Shown piece after piece: positions 20,560-30,771 of a stretch of DNA of 64,000 bases. The notes below the pieces were generated by a model. That model saw only the letters and a list, made by a program, of their open reading frames with translations, made no database searches and was not told the DNA's origin. The stretch is taken from positions 1 to 64,000 of IMG/VR virus record IMGVR_UViG_3300042010_000106. One strand, written 5' to 3'. A program made the translations under genes and the position numbers. Position 1 is the stretch's first letter; each line of letters starts with the position of its first letter.

Positions 20560-20886
20560 ATGCTTTCAGAACAACGTGATTTTATGCGAGTGGATGAATT
20601 CGGTTTTGATCCGTTGCTGGATCAATCGTACGAAGCCATTGAAGGCACCACGTCTTATCAGACGCAAACTGTAAAGACACAAGAAGAATATAACCCCGGC
20701 CTGATTGCATTCAACTATTACCGCGACGTGCGGTGGTGGCGTGCAATCATGGTCTACAACGCAATTGAAGATATTTGGGATTTGAAAGCTGGTATGAGAA
20801 TTCGAATTCCAGATATCAACGAAATGACGACACGGTTGCAACGCGTAAAATCGGAAACAGCCGTTAGTACCGTCATTACTTTCTGA
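20560..20886 (+). CDS. baseplate wedge protein (gp53/LysM-like)
   Basis: PGLIAFNYY.D..WWRAIM.YN.I......LKAG..IRIP. Confidence 0.75.
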   Translation: MLSEQRDFMRVDEFGFDPLLDQSYEAIEGTTSYQTQTVKTQEEYNPGLIAFNYYRDVRWWRAIMVYNAIEDIWDLKAGMRIRIPDINEMTTRLQRVKSETAVSTVITF

Positions 20887-20895
20887 GGAATAAAC

Positions 20896-22158
20896 ATGGC
20901 ACAGGCAGCGCTGAATATTGACGGCCTTGCTTTCTGTACGCTGGACATTGAAAACGCCAGCGTGCCGCCGTCTATGAACATGATTGAAACGATTTTGATC
21001 ATGGATGGTTTCGGCATGGGTCTGCCGGTTATGCGTATGCGTCTTTATGACGAAGACGACAAGCTTAGCCGTGATTTAAACCTGAAAAACGGAACGCTTG
21101 TAACGATCCGTTTAGGGAAGTCTGCACAGGAAGCACCGTCGTATAAATACCGTGTGTTTGGTTGGTCGCGTACGCGATCGTCTACCGGTAAAATCCTCTC
21201 AATCGTTTTGATATTTGATGCGCCTAAATTCGGTGCCGGTGCCTATTCGGAATACTTCGAAGGCTCTACCAGTTTGGTCATGCAGCAAATGGCAGAACTG
21301 AGCGGCTTGAAATACGACGGCCCTGCAAAAACTACAGACGATAATCAGAACTGGCTGAACCTGAACACCACACGTTTAGCTTTTTCTGAAGACGTTGCAA
21401 TGCGTGGTTATGCGAATGAGCAAAGCTGTATGGCTCGCCTCGTTTCCATGGACGGCACACTGATTTATAAAGATTTGATGGCACTGCTGAATGAAACACC
21501 GAAATTCTCGCTCGCTCACAACACCGATGGCGCAGGCGGTAGCGGTAAAGTAATCAACGTTCGTGCCGTAAAAGATAAAAGCGTTGCCGGTTTGTTCACG
21601 CACTATGTGAACTACGGGCACAAATCCTTTGGACATAGTTTTGAGGATGAATTTTCAGCAATCGAAACCCTCGACATAAATGCACAAGGTGCAGGACTCC
21701 CCGTTAACCCGGACGTTCTCACGCAATTGCAGGAACGCGGTTCAAGGGTTTCGTACACGGGCCTAGATTACGGCACCGGCCCCGAGGAAGGTTTCAATGT
21801 TCACGAACACTACGAACGTGCGTACTACCAAAACGTTCGTTTACTTTCGCTCTTTAGCGAGCGGCTTGTTGCCATTACCGATAGCGCTACTGAGCTGCGA
21901 AGTTTCACATCAATTGAATTCAATCAGGGCGCGGGAGCGAAAGGCAGCGCGGCCCCAACGCCTGCGGATGTCACCGGCAAATACATTGTCGGCGGTAAGT
22001 GCATCGTCATTAAAAACGGCACGAAGTATTCAGAAGTTTTTTACATGTACCGCCCATTCATCGGTGAAGCCGGTAACACGAACGGGACAAGCGCTGCCAA
22101 AACGAAAGTAAAGGCGTCTAATTCCGGCGTTGATACGAGCAGTCGCAACTTCACATGA
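20896..22158 (+). CDS. baseplate hub protein (gp27/gpD-like)
   Basis: size, position after LysM-like gene, GKYIV near C-terminus. Confidence 0.55.
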   Translation: MAQAALNIDGLAFCTLDIENASVPPSMNMIETILIMDGFGMGLPVMRMRLYDEDDKLSRDLNLKNGTLVTIRLGKSAQEAPSYKYRVFGWSRTRSSTGKILSIVLIFDAPKFGAGAYSEYFEGSTSLVMQQMAELSGLKYDGPAKTTDDNQNWLNLNTTRLAFSEDVAMRGYANEQSCMARLVSMDGTLIYKDLMALLNETPKFSLAHNTDGAGGSGKVINVRAVKDKSVAGLFTHYVNYGHKSFGHSFEDEFSAIETLDINAQGAGLPVNPDVLTQLQERGSRVSYTGLDYGTGPEEGFNVHEHYERAYYQNVRLLSLFSERLVAITDSATELRSFTSIEFNQGAGAKGSAAPTPADVTGKYIVGGKCIVIKNGTKYSEVFYMYRPFIGEAGNTNGTSAAKTKVKASNSGVDTSSRNFT

Positions 22159-22334
22159 TCGAAGTCTACATAGACAATCACGACAATCCCGACCTGATTA
22201 CGGAAACTGTAAACAGGTTAGGTGATTACGAAATCGAACACGCGGATGACGTTAGTTGCATAATCGTGCCTAACGTCAATGCTGCAAACAGTCTGGCAAT
22301 GCTGGACATATTATTTGTGAGAACAACACAATGA
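22155..22334 (+). CDS. 59-aa hypothetical protein
   Basis: ATGA overlaps at both ends; below track cutoff. Confidence 0.55.
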   Translation: MIEVYIDNHDNPDLITETVNRLGDYEIEHADDVSCIIVPNVNAANSLAMLDILFVRTTQ

Positions 22335-22777
22335 TGCCGACCGTAGAAGAAATGCTCGCAGACCATGCGGCAGAAATTGAACGTTTGAAAACTGCGCACG
22401 CTGCTGAAATTGTTGAATGGCAAGAAAGCGACGACATCATGACCGGTCAATGGGAACACACCCTGCACCGTGCACAACACAGCATGCGTATGCAGTTCGT
22501 TCGGGAATTGAAACACGCACTGGAACAGAGTGCGACATTTGGTGCATCGCGCCAATTGGAAGTTCTACAAGACGGGTTGCAAACTCTGATTGCACGCCAC
22601 GGTTTTGAAACGTACCACGTCATTACCGTGGACGATAAATTCGTCGGCTACTACGACGCAGATTTGGAACAAAAACTGTGCGACGAAGGTAAGCTCTGGC
22701 GCGTGTGGTATCTGTCGAAAGGTGAAATGAATTACCACGGTTTCCCACTGCCAGAAGAGGTTGCACAAAATGCTTGA
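22331..22777 (+). CDS. hypothetical protein
   Basis: coupled ORF. Confidence 0.7.
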   Translation: MMPTVEEMLADHAAEIERLKTAHAAEIVEWQESDDIMTGQWEHTLHRAQHSMRMQFVRELKHALEQSATFGASRQLEVLQDGLQTLIARHGFETYHVITVDDKFVGYYDADLEQKLCDEGKLWRVWYLSKGEMNYHGFPLPEEVAQNA

Positions 22778-23192
22778 TGTCGATGGCGTTGATTTCTTCA
22801 CCGCAATTCTGGATCGAAAGACTGGCGATTTCGTTTGCTGGTATTACACACCAGACGGCGCGGAACTTGTGCGTAACCTCGATTTGAACAATCAAAAATA
22901 TACGCTCGCCGATTTCAAACCACACGAAATTGTGGAACGTGGTTTGCCACAGCCTGAAGACTACAAAGCGCCAGTGCCGGAATGCGAAATTCCGCCGTAC
23001 ACCGACGAACAAGTCATGATCCTGAATATGCAAAAAGGCATTGAGGATCTTTTGGACGCCATTGTAGCGCTTCCAAAGCAAGGCACAATATTGCTTGGGC
23101 CTGAGTGGGGTTATCCTACAATCTCACACGCCAGTGCAGTTGAACTGGTGCGGAAATTCAAGAAAGATTTTGACGATGGGAAAATTGCATGA
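22770..23192 (+). CDS. hypothetical protein
   Basis: GAGG SD, coupled to dcd. Confidence 0.7.
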   Translation: MLDVDGVDFFTAILDRKTGDFVCWYYTPDGAELVRNLDLNNQKYTLADFKPHEIVERGLPQPEDYKAPVPECEIPPYTDEQVMILNMQKGIEDLLDAIVALPKQGTILLGPEWGYPTISHASAVELVRKFKKDFDDGKIA

Positions 23193-23908
23193 GCATCAAA
23201 TCGGATAAATGGATTCGTTCCATGTGCCGTCCTGAAGGGCGCACTCGCACAGCCGTTATGCACGACGGCAAATTCGCGTTCTGGTTGGACAGCATACAGG
23301 GCGAGCGTTGGAAGAATATGCGCCGTCGCGAAAGCGATTCTAAGTGGGATACGAAAACCTACGAATACGGCCCAATGATTTCGCCGTTTCTTGAACAGCA
23401 ACTGCGCCACGACAAAGACGGCAACAAGCTTATCAGTGCAGGCGTTTCTTCGTACGGTTACGACGTTCGTTGTGGCAACAAATTCAAAGTGTTCACCAAC
23501 ATCAACACAACCGTTGTCGATCCGAAGAATTTCGATCCAAACAATTTCGTTGAAGTTGACGCAGACGAACACGACGGCGTTTGCATCATTCCACCGAACA
23601 GTTTTGCGCTTGCGAACACGATGGAATGGATGGAAATTCCTCGCAATGTTTTGGTGGTATGCCTCGGTAAATCGACCTATGCACGTTGCGGCATCATCGT
23701 AAACGTCACGCCGCTGGAACCTGAGTGGAAAGGCTCGGTCACTTTGGAATTCAGCAACACAACAACGCTTCCTGCAAAGATTTACGCAGGCGAAGGCGTT
23801 GCACAAATGCTGTTCTTCGAAAGCGACGAAGAATGCGAAACTTCGTATGCTGATCGCGCCGGTAAATACATGGGCCAAGCAGCAGAACCAACCGTGCCGA
23901 GGCTGTAA
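23189..23908 (+). CDS. dcd: dCTP deaminase
   Basis: [71 protein letters not shown]. Confidence 0.97.
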   Translation: MSIKSDKWIRSMCRPEGRTRTAVMHDGKFAFWLDSIQGERWKNMRRRESDSKWDTKTYEYGPMISPFLEQQLRHDKDGNKLISAGVSSYGYDVRCGNKFKVFTNINTTVVDPKNFDPNNFVEVDADEHDGVCIIPPNSFALANTMEWMEIPRNVLVVCLGKSTYARCGIIVNVTPLEPEWKGSVTLEFSNTTTLPAKIYAGEGVAQMLFFESDEECETSYADRAGKYMGQAAEPTVPRL

Positions 23909-24099
23909 TGGGCTGGCTAATCGTCGTTGCATTGATTCTGTTTATCTGTTTCGTTGCTGGCGGTTTCCGTACGTGGGGCAGCGCAATGCAACGCAAACGC
24001 AAATCAATTTTCTGCGTGATGCGCTTCGGTTGCAAACCCCTGCCAGCTAACCATTTCGATTACGGCCATTGTCGCCGTTGCGGACACAAACCAAAATGA
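23908..24099 (+). CDS. small membrane protein with C-terminal Cys/Zn-finger-like motif
   Basis: N-terminal TM segment; C..FGC...HCRRCG. Confidence 0.65.
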   Translation: MGWLIVVALILFICFVAGGFRTWGSAMQRKRKSIFCVMRFGCKPLPANHFDYGHCRRCGHKPK

Positions 24100-24401
24100 C
24101 TGAATTTCAGAAGTTTTACTACGGCACTCGCGTTATCGTTGCCGCAGGTTTTAACGGTACATCGTTCGAAGCAATTGTGATGCAGAGCCACGCTGCGCAT
24201 AATCTCGGCGGTGATGAAATCAAACAAAGTTCCTATCAAGTTTTGGAACTGAAAGCCTACGATCCTGAATCGGAACTCGACGACGGTGACGAAGGCATGT
24301 TCACGTGGCAATGGGTGCCTGAGCAACTGATGCAGGCGCAGAACAAAGATTACGAATACAACCAAGACATTATCGACGCATATTTGTCTAAACATTCATG
24401 A
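24096..24401 (+). CDS. hypothetical protein
   Basis: ATGA-coupled. Confidence 0.7.
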   Translation: MTEFQKFYYGTRVIVAAGFNGTSFEAIVMQSHAAHNLGGDEIKQSSYQVLELKAYDPESELDDGDEGMFTWQWVPEQLMQAQNKDYEYNQDIIDAYLSKHS

Positions 24402-24408
24402 GGAAAAA

Positions 24409-24798
24409 ATGAGCAGCTTTACCACACCCCTGATTTGTGAACTTCTGGACGATGGCGTCTCGTATAAAATCTACGAACGTTTTGTCTACAGAATTGGCGA
24501 CGTTAATTCGCAGCGCCGCGTAGAAACTGAAGTTGGTTTCGTGACCGACTTGGCTAGCACGTGGCCTTTCCGTTGGCTGCTGCCACCAAATGGGAAATAC
24601 GGTAAAGCTGCTGTGACGCACGATGATTTGTGCAAAAACAAACGCATCATGAATGGCAACATTGTCGAGACGTGCACACGTGCTGAAGGTGATGCAATTT
24701 TCTTGGAAGCAATGGGCGTTTTGAAAGTGCCTGTGCCTCTGCGTTACCTGATGTACGGACTGGTTCGCGCCTACGCAATCGCATTGAACAAGAAGTAA
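24409..24798 (+). CDS. DUF1353-family protein
   Basis: GFVTDLAS, GKY.KAAV.HD.L, R.E.D.IFLEAM..L.V...MY..VR. Confidence 0.9.
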   Translation: MSSFTTPLICELLDDGVSYKIYERFVYRIGDVNSQRRVETEVGFVTDLASTWPFRWLLPPNGKYGKAAVTHDDLCKNKRIMNGNIVETCTRAEGDAIFLEAMGVLKVPVPLRYLMYGLVRAYAIALNKK

Positions 24799-24801
24799 AA
24801 G

Positions 24802-24836
24802 AAAGGGACTCCATTTAACCGTGGCGTCCCTTTTTT
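24802..24836 (+). terminator. intrinsic terminator
   Basis: AAAGGGAC...GTCCCTTTTTT. Confidence 0.8.
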
Positions 24837-24886
24837 CATATGTGGGCCAAACTGTAAATGAACCATACATAAAGGGGGAATTACAT

Positions 24887-25333
24887 ATGACTGATGTGCT
24901 TGAGCTGTACCATAGAATTTCAATGGACGACACGTTCAAAGTGCAGACCACGCTGTTTGGTCACGACGTTGATATGAGCGTACGAAACATTCAAGAAATT
25001 CGGGCAATGTTAAACCCGTCGCCCATACTGCGCCATAATATTTACTACCCAAATCGCATTTCCTTTTGCGAGATTTCTTTTGACGTGACGGCTTTCGGTA
25101 TCGTGCACGGCATGCGTATGTCTATTGACCCATACGCTGTGTTCCAAAGTCTGGCCGAAGCTGCACGCGAACTCACGAAATGCCTTAACTACAACAACAC
25201 ACAAATGGCGATGGACGCAGCAGCAATCAATTTCTTGGGTGTTGAATTCTATCTGACCGATTACGAAATGACGATAGATGCAAGCAACCTACAAATGAAT
25301 GCACGGCCGACACTGCGCGCATTAGAAATATAA
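24887..25333 (+). CDS. hypothetical protein
   Basis: AAGGGGG SD after terminator. Confidence 0.7.
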   Translation: MTDVLELYHRISMDDTFKVQTTLFGHDVDMSVRNIQEIRAMLNPSPILRHNIYYPNRISFCEISFDVTAFGIVHGMRMSIDPYAVFQSLAEAARELTKCLNYNNTQMAMDAAAINFLGVEFYLTDYEMTIDASNLQMNARPTLRALEI

Positions 25334-25346
25334 GAGAAAAATAACC

Positions 25347-25646
25347 GTGAATATTCCGCGTGCGTGCATGTATGCAGCTTTCTTTGTTTTGGCAACAGCA
25401 ACCTTAATGGCAGTCGGTGCAACAGTTGGTGCGCTGCTGGCAGTCGTGGCAATAGTTGTTAGCGTTATTCGTAGCGCTTTCACCATGGGCCTATATGACG
25501 CCAGCGTGACCGGCGCTGCAATTCTGATTCGCATTATACCGATTACTATTTTCTTGGGAGCGCTTGCGTTCGGTGGTATTGAAGCCTGTCGAAGCATCTG
25601 GAAATCCCTGACAAAAACTCTTTCGCAGCAATTGGGAAAAGAATGA
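25347..25646 (+). CDS. membrane protein
   Basis: two or three hydrophobic segments. Confidence 0.65.
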   Translation: MNIPRACMYAAFFVLATATLMAVGATVGALLAVVAIVVSVIRSAFTMGLYDASVTGAAILIRIIPITIFLGALAFGGIEACRSIWKSLTKTLSQQLGKE

Positions 25647-25891
25647 AAAGCAAATTCTACATATTGATTCTTGCAGTGGTATTCGTTTTCGCTTTGTTAC
25701 TGGCAAGCGCCTCGCTGCTGTTAGGTTACATCGTGCACTTGAAAGCAATGTGGGAATGGGAAAGCGGTCTACATAAACACGCAATCGCGCAGTGGACGTT
25801 AGGCGTAATGGCCGTAGCAGGCATTTGCGGCTGCGCATACTGTCTTGTCCGCGACACTTTCAAAACCCTTGCCGTAGGAATTTTCCGTTGA
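25643..25891 (+). CDS. membrane protein
   Basis: two TM segments; ATGA-coupled. Confidence 0.65.
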   Translation: MKSKFYILILAVVFVFALLLASASLLLGYIVHLKAMWEWESGLHKHAIAQWTLGVMAVAGICGCAYCLVRDTFKTLAVGIFR

Positions 25892-26511
25892 ACAGATATA
25901 CCGCAAATAAAATCGTTCGTCTGCTGTTGGCTAAACATACCAAGAATCAAGAAAGCCTTTTGCAAGACATGTTCCCCGGCGCGCACATTCGTTGTCCCGT
26001 ACCGGTCACTTGGTTTGATACACTGGCCGATTGCGTGCGTTTTATTGAAGGTGGGTTTGACAAGCCGACGACTCACGAAGAACGTAAAGAATTCATGGTG
26101 CCTCACGACGAAAACACCACCGACGCCGAGGCAATGGATAACTACGCCAGCGCATCGCTGAAAGCTTTTGCAAAACGTAACGGACTTGACTACACAGCAT
26201 GTGATGGCGATTCCAGCGTACGCATTCCCGGTCGCCGTGTAATTGCTGCTGCAAACCGTTATGGTGATTTGATTTGTGTGGGCACGCGCCACGGTGGCCC
26301 TGCAATGTGGTCGCAGTTGGAAGCCGTGAAAGAAGACCGTTTACTTGAGGCGGATAAATTGGGTCGCGCCGAAGAAGGTTTCATTGACCAGTACGATGTT
26401 TTCATGACACGGGAAGAAGCATACGAAGTTGCGTTAGCTTCGGGTCAAATCAACGTCATTCGTTTGAAGCATTCAACGCCCGGTCGTCTGTATTCTGAGG
26501 ATATACACTAA
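25888..26511 (+). CDS. conserved phage hypothetical protein
   Basis: TTG start coupled to upstream stop; C-terminal AAA.R..G.RH...GFIDQ...F.TREEA...LYSED domain common in phages. Confidence 0.7.
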   Translation: MNRYTANKIVRLLLAKHTKNQESLLQDMFPGAHIRCPVPVTWFDTLADCVRFIEGGFDKPTTHEERKEFMVPHDENTTDAEAMDNYASASLKAFAKRNGLDYTACDGDSSVRIPGRRVIAAANRYGDLICVGTRHGGPAMWSQLEAVKEDRLLEADKLGRAEEGFIDQYDVFMTREEAYEVALASGQINVIRLKHSTPGRLYSEDIH

Positions 26512-26945
26512 TGAATTTCGGTGAAGGTCAAATGCTGTCGCTTGAAGAAATGAACAAGCTGAATTCCGCAGCGCAACGTCGCATAAACGAATTGAAAAAT
26601 ACACTGCATAGAATTCAACACGACAGAGATATGGAACCTCGCGACCGCGTGGGTTGCGGCCATGCTAAAAGCTTGAAAGAAGCACTGGATACGTTGCGTA
26701 ATCAGCGGAACACAATCGTTGAACTACAGGGTCACATTCACAACGAAGCTCTTGCAAAAGAAGCGTGCCGCAAAGCAGACAACGATCCGAAATTCGCAGA
26801 AGAGTTTCAGTCAATCGTTCGTGAACTGAATCTGCAAAATATTCTTGCACAGTACGAAGCTGAAGCAAGTAAGGTTGTGGTGGCCATCCGTAAATCGCGG
26901 ACGAAATGGTATGAACGTTTGTACACTTGGGTAATGAGCCACTGA
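26511..26945 (+). CDS. hypothetical coiled-coil protein
   Basis: GAGG SD, coupled. Confidence 0.7.
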   Translation: MNFGEGQMLSLEEMNKLNSAAQRRINELKNTLHRIQHDRDMEPRDRVGCGHAKSLKEALDTLRNQRNTIVELQGHIHNEALAKEACRKADNDPKFAEEFQSIVRELNLQNILAQYEAEASKVVVAIRKSRTKWYERLYTWVMSH

Positions 26946-26946
26946 T

Positions 26947-27276
26947 ATGAAAAAGATTACGTCATTGCATCAAGCAAATGAATATCTGAAGGACTTGGCG
27001 ATTTACCTTTGGCAGAAAGAAAACATTATTCATTGTGCAACGTCGGTAGGCCACGTTATTCGTTTGCGTTTTCCTGAAGTCGCGCCGTGCAAAAGTATGG
27101 CAGAAGCCGTTTCGCTTTTGCGTGAGTACGCACAACGTATGCGCGACTGTGATAAACGTTTCAAAACGTTGACGGAAGAACAGCAAGGCGCTGTTGAGCA
27201 TGTCTGGCGATTGGAACGGGAAAGTTACAAAGCTTTCAACGAAATTGTGCAAGGCTGGTATCCACCACACCAATAA
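26947..27276 (+). CDS. hypothetical protein
   Basis: tiling ORF. Confidence 0.7.
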   Translation: MKKITSLHQANEYLKDLAIYLWQKENIIHCATSVGHVIRLRFPEVAPCKSMAEAVSLLREYAQRMRDCDKRFKTLTEEQQGAVEHVWRLERESYKAFNEIVQGWYPPHQ

Positions 27277-27285
27277 GGAAAACAA

Positions 27286-27633
27286 ATGAGTAAGTTCGCG
27301 CCAGATGCACCTTACAATGGCACTATTCGCCGTTGGGTAAAAGAGGGTTTGCGTAAGCCTTGCGAACCAAATAAATGTATTGTTGGTTTGATCGGTACTC
27401 ATGAAATACCGATGGATGAATGGCAAGCAAATGTTGACGCGTGGCAACGCAGCATTGATAGCTTTAATGAAAGCCGCTTAGCAATTCCGCATCCCGGTTT
27501 TGCGTTCCCTATTCGATTCTGTACCAAATGCGGAAATCCCGTTATGGAATTCCACGGTGAAACACCAGAAGACATCGCTGCAACGGAAGAACGAATAGCA
27601 AATATATTCAATGCAATGACAACGAAGTCGTAA
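27286..27633 (+). CDS. hypothetical protein with FCxxCG Zn-ribbon half-motif
   Basis: AAGGA SD. Confidence 0.7.
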   Translation: MSKFAPDAPYNGTIRRWVKEGLRKPCEPNKCIVGLIGTHEIPMDEWQANVDAWQRSIDSFNESRLAIPHPGFAFPIRFCTKCGNPVMEFHGETPEDIAATEERIANIFNAMTTKS

Positions 27634-27689
27634 TTTAATACAAGGGAAAGTATTAACGGGTTCCCCAGCCCCTACACCAAGGAAACACC

Positions 27690-28610
27690 ATGGAAATTCT
27701 AAAATATACGGGCAAGCTGGCGGAAATCGTCGCGCTTGTTCGTGATGCAGGCGAGCCGCCTGATGTGCGTGCTGTTTTTGTTACACGCGAAGAAATGGAT
27801 ACCATCATTAACGACCATAGTTTCCGCACAACCGTGTCGAAATACTACGGCGATAGCTCCACGATGGTTTACAACTCCATTACCGCAGATACCGAAGGCA
27901 ATATCATTTCGCTGTATCTCAATCACATTCTGATTGCACTCGCGCCTGAAGATCCAACGGGGCCAATTGCTGAATTGACATATCCACCACTGACCACCAA
28001 TCCAAGTGCAGCGACTACGTTTGCAAATGGCGGTGATTTGCTGGTCGGTACAGGCAACCCGGCAACCGGTATGATGGTTGGTACAAACGCCAACATTGAA
28101 CTGGCTTTGGCTGTGCGTAAAGCGCAAGACCTGACGAATTACAACAGTGGCACAGGCCGCTTTGTGATTCCAGTCGAAGAAAACGAAAACTGGAATTTCG
28201 TTGTTAGCGTTGGTTCGATGAATGCGGATGTTCCAAACATCACGGACATGTACAACGTCAAACTTTTCCTCGACCTGAATTCGTACGAAGGCCAGACCAC
28301 CAATCTCGTTTTCGAACTGAAATTTGTCGAAGGTTATATCAACGGCAACGCTGTTAAAAACTACGTCTGGTACAAAGGCGTGGAACCTGTAGTAGTCGAT
28401 GGCACCACGAACGAAGACCTGACCGTCACGCAGATGATTCAGAAATATTCGTTCCAGTTTATCAGCAAATACATTCCGAGTTATGTGCAGCGTAACGAAG
28501 CTGGCGCACCACTTGGGAATTTCACGCTGCGTCTGGAAGCCACACCGAAATACGGTGATAGCGAGCCGGTATCGGTTGAAGTGTTGGCAACGATTACAAA
28601 AAAGAAGTAA
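27690..28610 (+). CDS. putative virion protein (short form)
   Basis: AAGGA SD, preceded by TAATTT motif; Thr/Asn/Gly-rich beta composition. Confidence 0.65.
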   Translation: MEILKYTGKLAEIVALVRDAGEPPDVRAVFVTREEMDTIINDHSFRTTVSKYYGDSSTMVYNSITADTEGNIISLYLNHILIALAPEDPTGPIAELTYPPLTTNPSAATTFANGGDLLVGTGNPATGMMVGTNANIELALAVRKAQDLTNYNSGTGRFVIPVEENENWNFVVSVGSMNADVPNITDMYNVKLFLDLNSYEGQTTNLVFELKFVEGYINGNAVKNYVWYKGVEPVVVDGTTNEDLTVTQMIQKYSFQFISKYIPSYVQRNEAGAPLGNFTLRLEATPKYGDSEPVSVEVLATITKKK

Positions 28611-29422
28611 CGCCCGTTCCTCGAAAAACCTTTTTGGTCGGTACGTCTGACGGTTTAATTGTACAGTCGTCTCAAGGGAGTTTTGATCAAATGTCTCCGG
28701 CTACGGCCATAAGAGATATCGTCGCAGGTGCAGGCCGTTGGTTGGCTGTAGGCGGCGAAGGTTCGGGTTCTGTTTTTTCTTCCACAGACAAAGCCACTTG
28801 GGTAGAAATGCCATTTGGTTTTGGTGAGTGCAAAGCTGCAATTTTCTCTGCTGGTAAATTCTACGTAGCGGTTGATGGCGAAGGTATCTACGCACTCGAC
28901 GCGGATGTTTGGACACTGGTTCAAGCGAGCGCACAAGTTTTCACAAACGGTGTGGACGCAAACGGTGTTCCAATATTTGCAACTACGGACGGCGACCTTT
29001 GGGTTGGCCCAACGTGGACAAGTAAGAAAGTATCGAGCGGCAAATTGAAAGTTGCGTACAACGCTAAACTTTTTGTCGCAAGCCTTGTCGGTGAAACACT
29101 GGAAACATTGGTTGGAACCACCGCACAAAATCTTGTATCAGAAGGCACCAGTACCCTCGACGGACTAGATATTTTCTCGTTCTTCGTGGATGCAAACGGT
29201 GTTGTAGTCGGTACGTGTAAAATGAATGTGGATGAACCGCTGATTATGGTTCGTCGCAACAACAAATGGACATTCGTTTTCTCCGACATGCCTGTACCAC
29301 TGACTCACGTTGTGAACAAAGCCGTAGCAGGTGGCCCAACGATTTACACCACCAGCAATTACTTTGATTACACCGAGTATTACTCTGTCGATAAAGACAT
29401 AACCGCATTGCTGTACGCATAA
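28598..29422 (+). CDS. beta-propeller-like ORF, probably a -1 frameshift extension of 27690 (alternative independent start ATG 28691)
   Basis: A_AAA_AAG at 28598-28604; -1 frame open from there to 29422; repeated blade-like units. Confidence 0.6.
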   Translation, partial: KKEVTPVPRKTFLVGTSDGLIVQSSQGSFDQMSPATAIRDIVAGAGRWLAVGGEGSGSVFSSTDKATWVEMPFGFGECKAAIFSAGKFYVAVDGEGIYALDADVWTLVQASAQVFTNGVDANGVPIFATTDGDLWVGPTWTSKKVSSGKLKVAYNAKLFVASLVGETLETLVGTTAQNLVSEGTSTLDGLDIFSFFVDANGVVVGTCKMNVDEPLIMVRRNNKWTFVFSDMPVPLTHVVNKAVAGGPTIYTTSNYFDYTEYYSVDKDITALLYA

Positions 29423-29423
29423 C

Positions 29424-29460
29424 AAAGGCCCTCGTTAGCTAACGCTTTCGGGGGCTTTTT
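29424..29460 (+). terminator. intrinsic terminator
   Basis: AAAGGCCCTCG...CGGGGGCTTTTT. Confidence 0.75.
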
Positions 29461-29511
29461 CGTTGGTGCTGAAAACTGTAAAGAAGAGCCATACACATAC
29501 AGGGCAAGTTG

Positions 29512-29913
29512 ATGAAACCAGTTTATGTAAACCCAATCAAATTCGAACGTATGAAGCGCTACGTGTGGCGCAATTTCATGGCCGACCAATACCCTACGTT
29601 GATTCAGATTGGCGAACTTTACATCGGTGCGTATCTGACCAACGTGCAATTCGCGAAAGACAACACAGACGTTTTGATCGAATTGAATATCAACGCGTAC
29701 ACCACCGATGAACTGGAACGCATGCAGTCCGGTGAAATGAAAGTGGTGATGGATTTCGGCGAGTTTCCTTTCGAAGTTGTATGGATTGAAACAGTGCCGC
29801 GTAATGATCATTTCGAAAACGGTGCCCATGTCAGTGTGCGTATCCGTGCACATAACAGCGCTCGCCGCCTCAGTAAACTCAGTCAAAAAATTCTGAAACG
29901 TTTCATGGGATAA
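29512..29913 (+). CDS. hypothetical protein
   Basis: tiling ORF. Confidence 0.7.
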   Translation: MKPVYVNPIKFERMKRYVWRNFMADQYPTLIQIGELYIGAYLTNVQFAKDNTDVLIELNINAYTTDELERMQSGEMKVVMDFGEFPFEVVWIETVPRNDHFENGAHVSVRIRAHNSARRLSKLSQKILKRFMG

Positions 29914-29917
29914 CACA

Positions 29918-30304
29918 ATGAACATGACCAAACCGTTCCCTAGTTTGCAACTGCCTGAAGTGTCGTCGAAGTTCGCACCGTTCATGCTGAGTGCAGCACA
30001 GCGGGCGCCCGTGCAATTGAGCATTCTTGCTTATCCGTTTGTTGGTCTGGTGCAGGCGTACAAACTGCATGAAATCGAAGACCAGCGTTGCACGCTTCTG
30101 GTAATTCGTATGGAGCTGACTGCTTCGGAACAGACCGCAAAAGATTTCATCGAGTCGGCTACCGAACGCGCAGGCCAACTGATCGAAATGCACTGCTATG
30201 CGCCACACAATCAGAAGCTTGTGGTCATGGGCGTGGACGAATTCGAATTCGCGGAAACAACAAAAATTCCGGTAGAGGTTCAACTGGTTGCGGAGTGGTT
30301 ATGA
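29918..30304 (+). CDS. hypothetical protein
   Basis: tiling ORF. Confidence 0.7.
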   Translation: MNMTKPFPSLQLPEVSSKFAPFMLSAAQRAPVQLSILAYPFVGLVQAYKLHEIEDQRCTLLVIRMELTASEQTAKDFIESATERAGQLIEMHCYAPHNQKLVVMGVDEFEFAETTKIPVEVQLVAEWL

Positions 30305-30771
30305 GCGAATACGTAACGAGTGATTCTGCGTTCCTAAATATAGCCACGTACCTGTCAAACAAATGCGTGGCGGGACAGAAACCGTATAGCCCTGTGCCTG
30401 CTAAATTCCAAGGCAATCGCGTAAGCATTCCGATTTATCGCGTTGGTTTTCTGCGTATGGAAGATGACGAAGCCGGACGTGAAGTTTGGGCCATTTCTTT
30501 TGGCACCACGGTTATCATCAAAGAGAAAACGTGGAACGGTATTCTGAAAAGCACGGAACAGCCGCGCAATGTCACGCTGTTGGCCGATGGATCGAAACAG
30601 TTCTACAATACTGATTTCCGTATCTACATGTATCAACAGGAAGCAGAGCTGCAAGGCGATTTGGTTTCGATCAACGTTGATGCAACGGCCTTGTTCAGTT
30701 TCCACACCCTCGGTTTCGGCGACATCGGCGCTGAAATTGCTGCAATTACGGAGAAAGGAAATGGACGATAA
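30301..30771 (+). CDS. hypothetical protein
   Basis: GGAG SD, ATGA overlap. Confidence 0.7.
   Translation: MSEYVTSDSAFLNIATYLSNKCVAGQKPYSPVPAKFQGNRVSIPIYRVGFLRMEDDEAGREVWAISFGTTVIIKEKTWNGILKSTEQPRNVTLLADGSKQFYNTDFRIYMYQQEAELQGDLVSINVDATALFSFHTLGFGDIGAEIAAITEKGNGR

Noticed and set aside
23225-23368. dcd insertion as a mini-intein (begins CRPEG, reminiscent of intein block A)
   Set aside because: Far too short and lacks the C-terminal His-Asn followed by Cys/Ser/Thr
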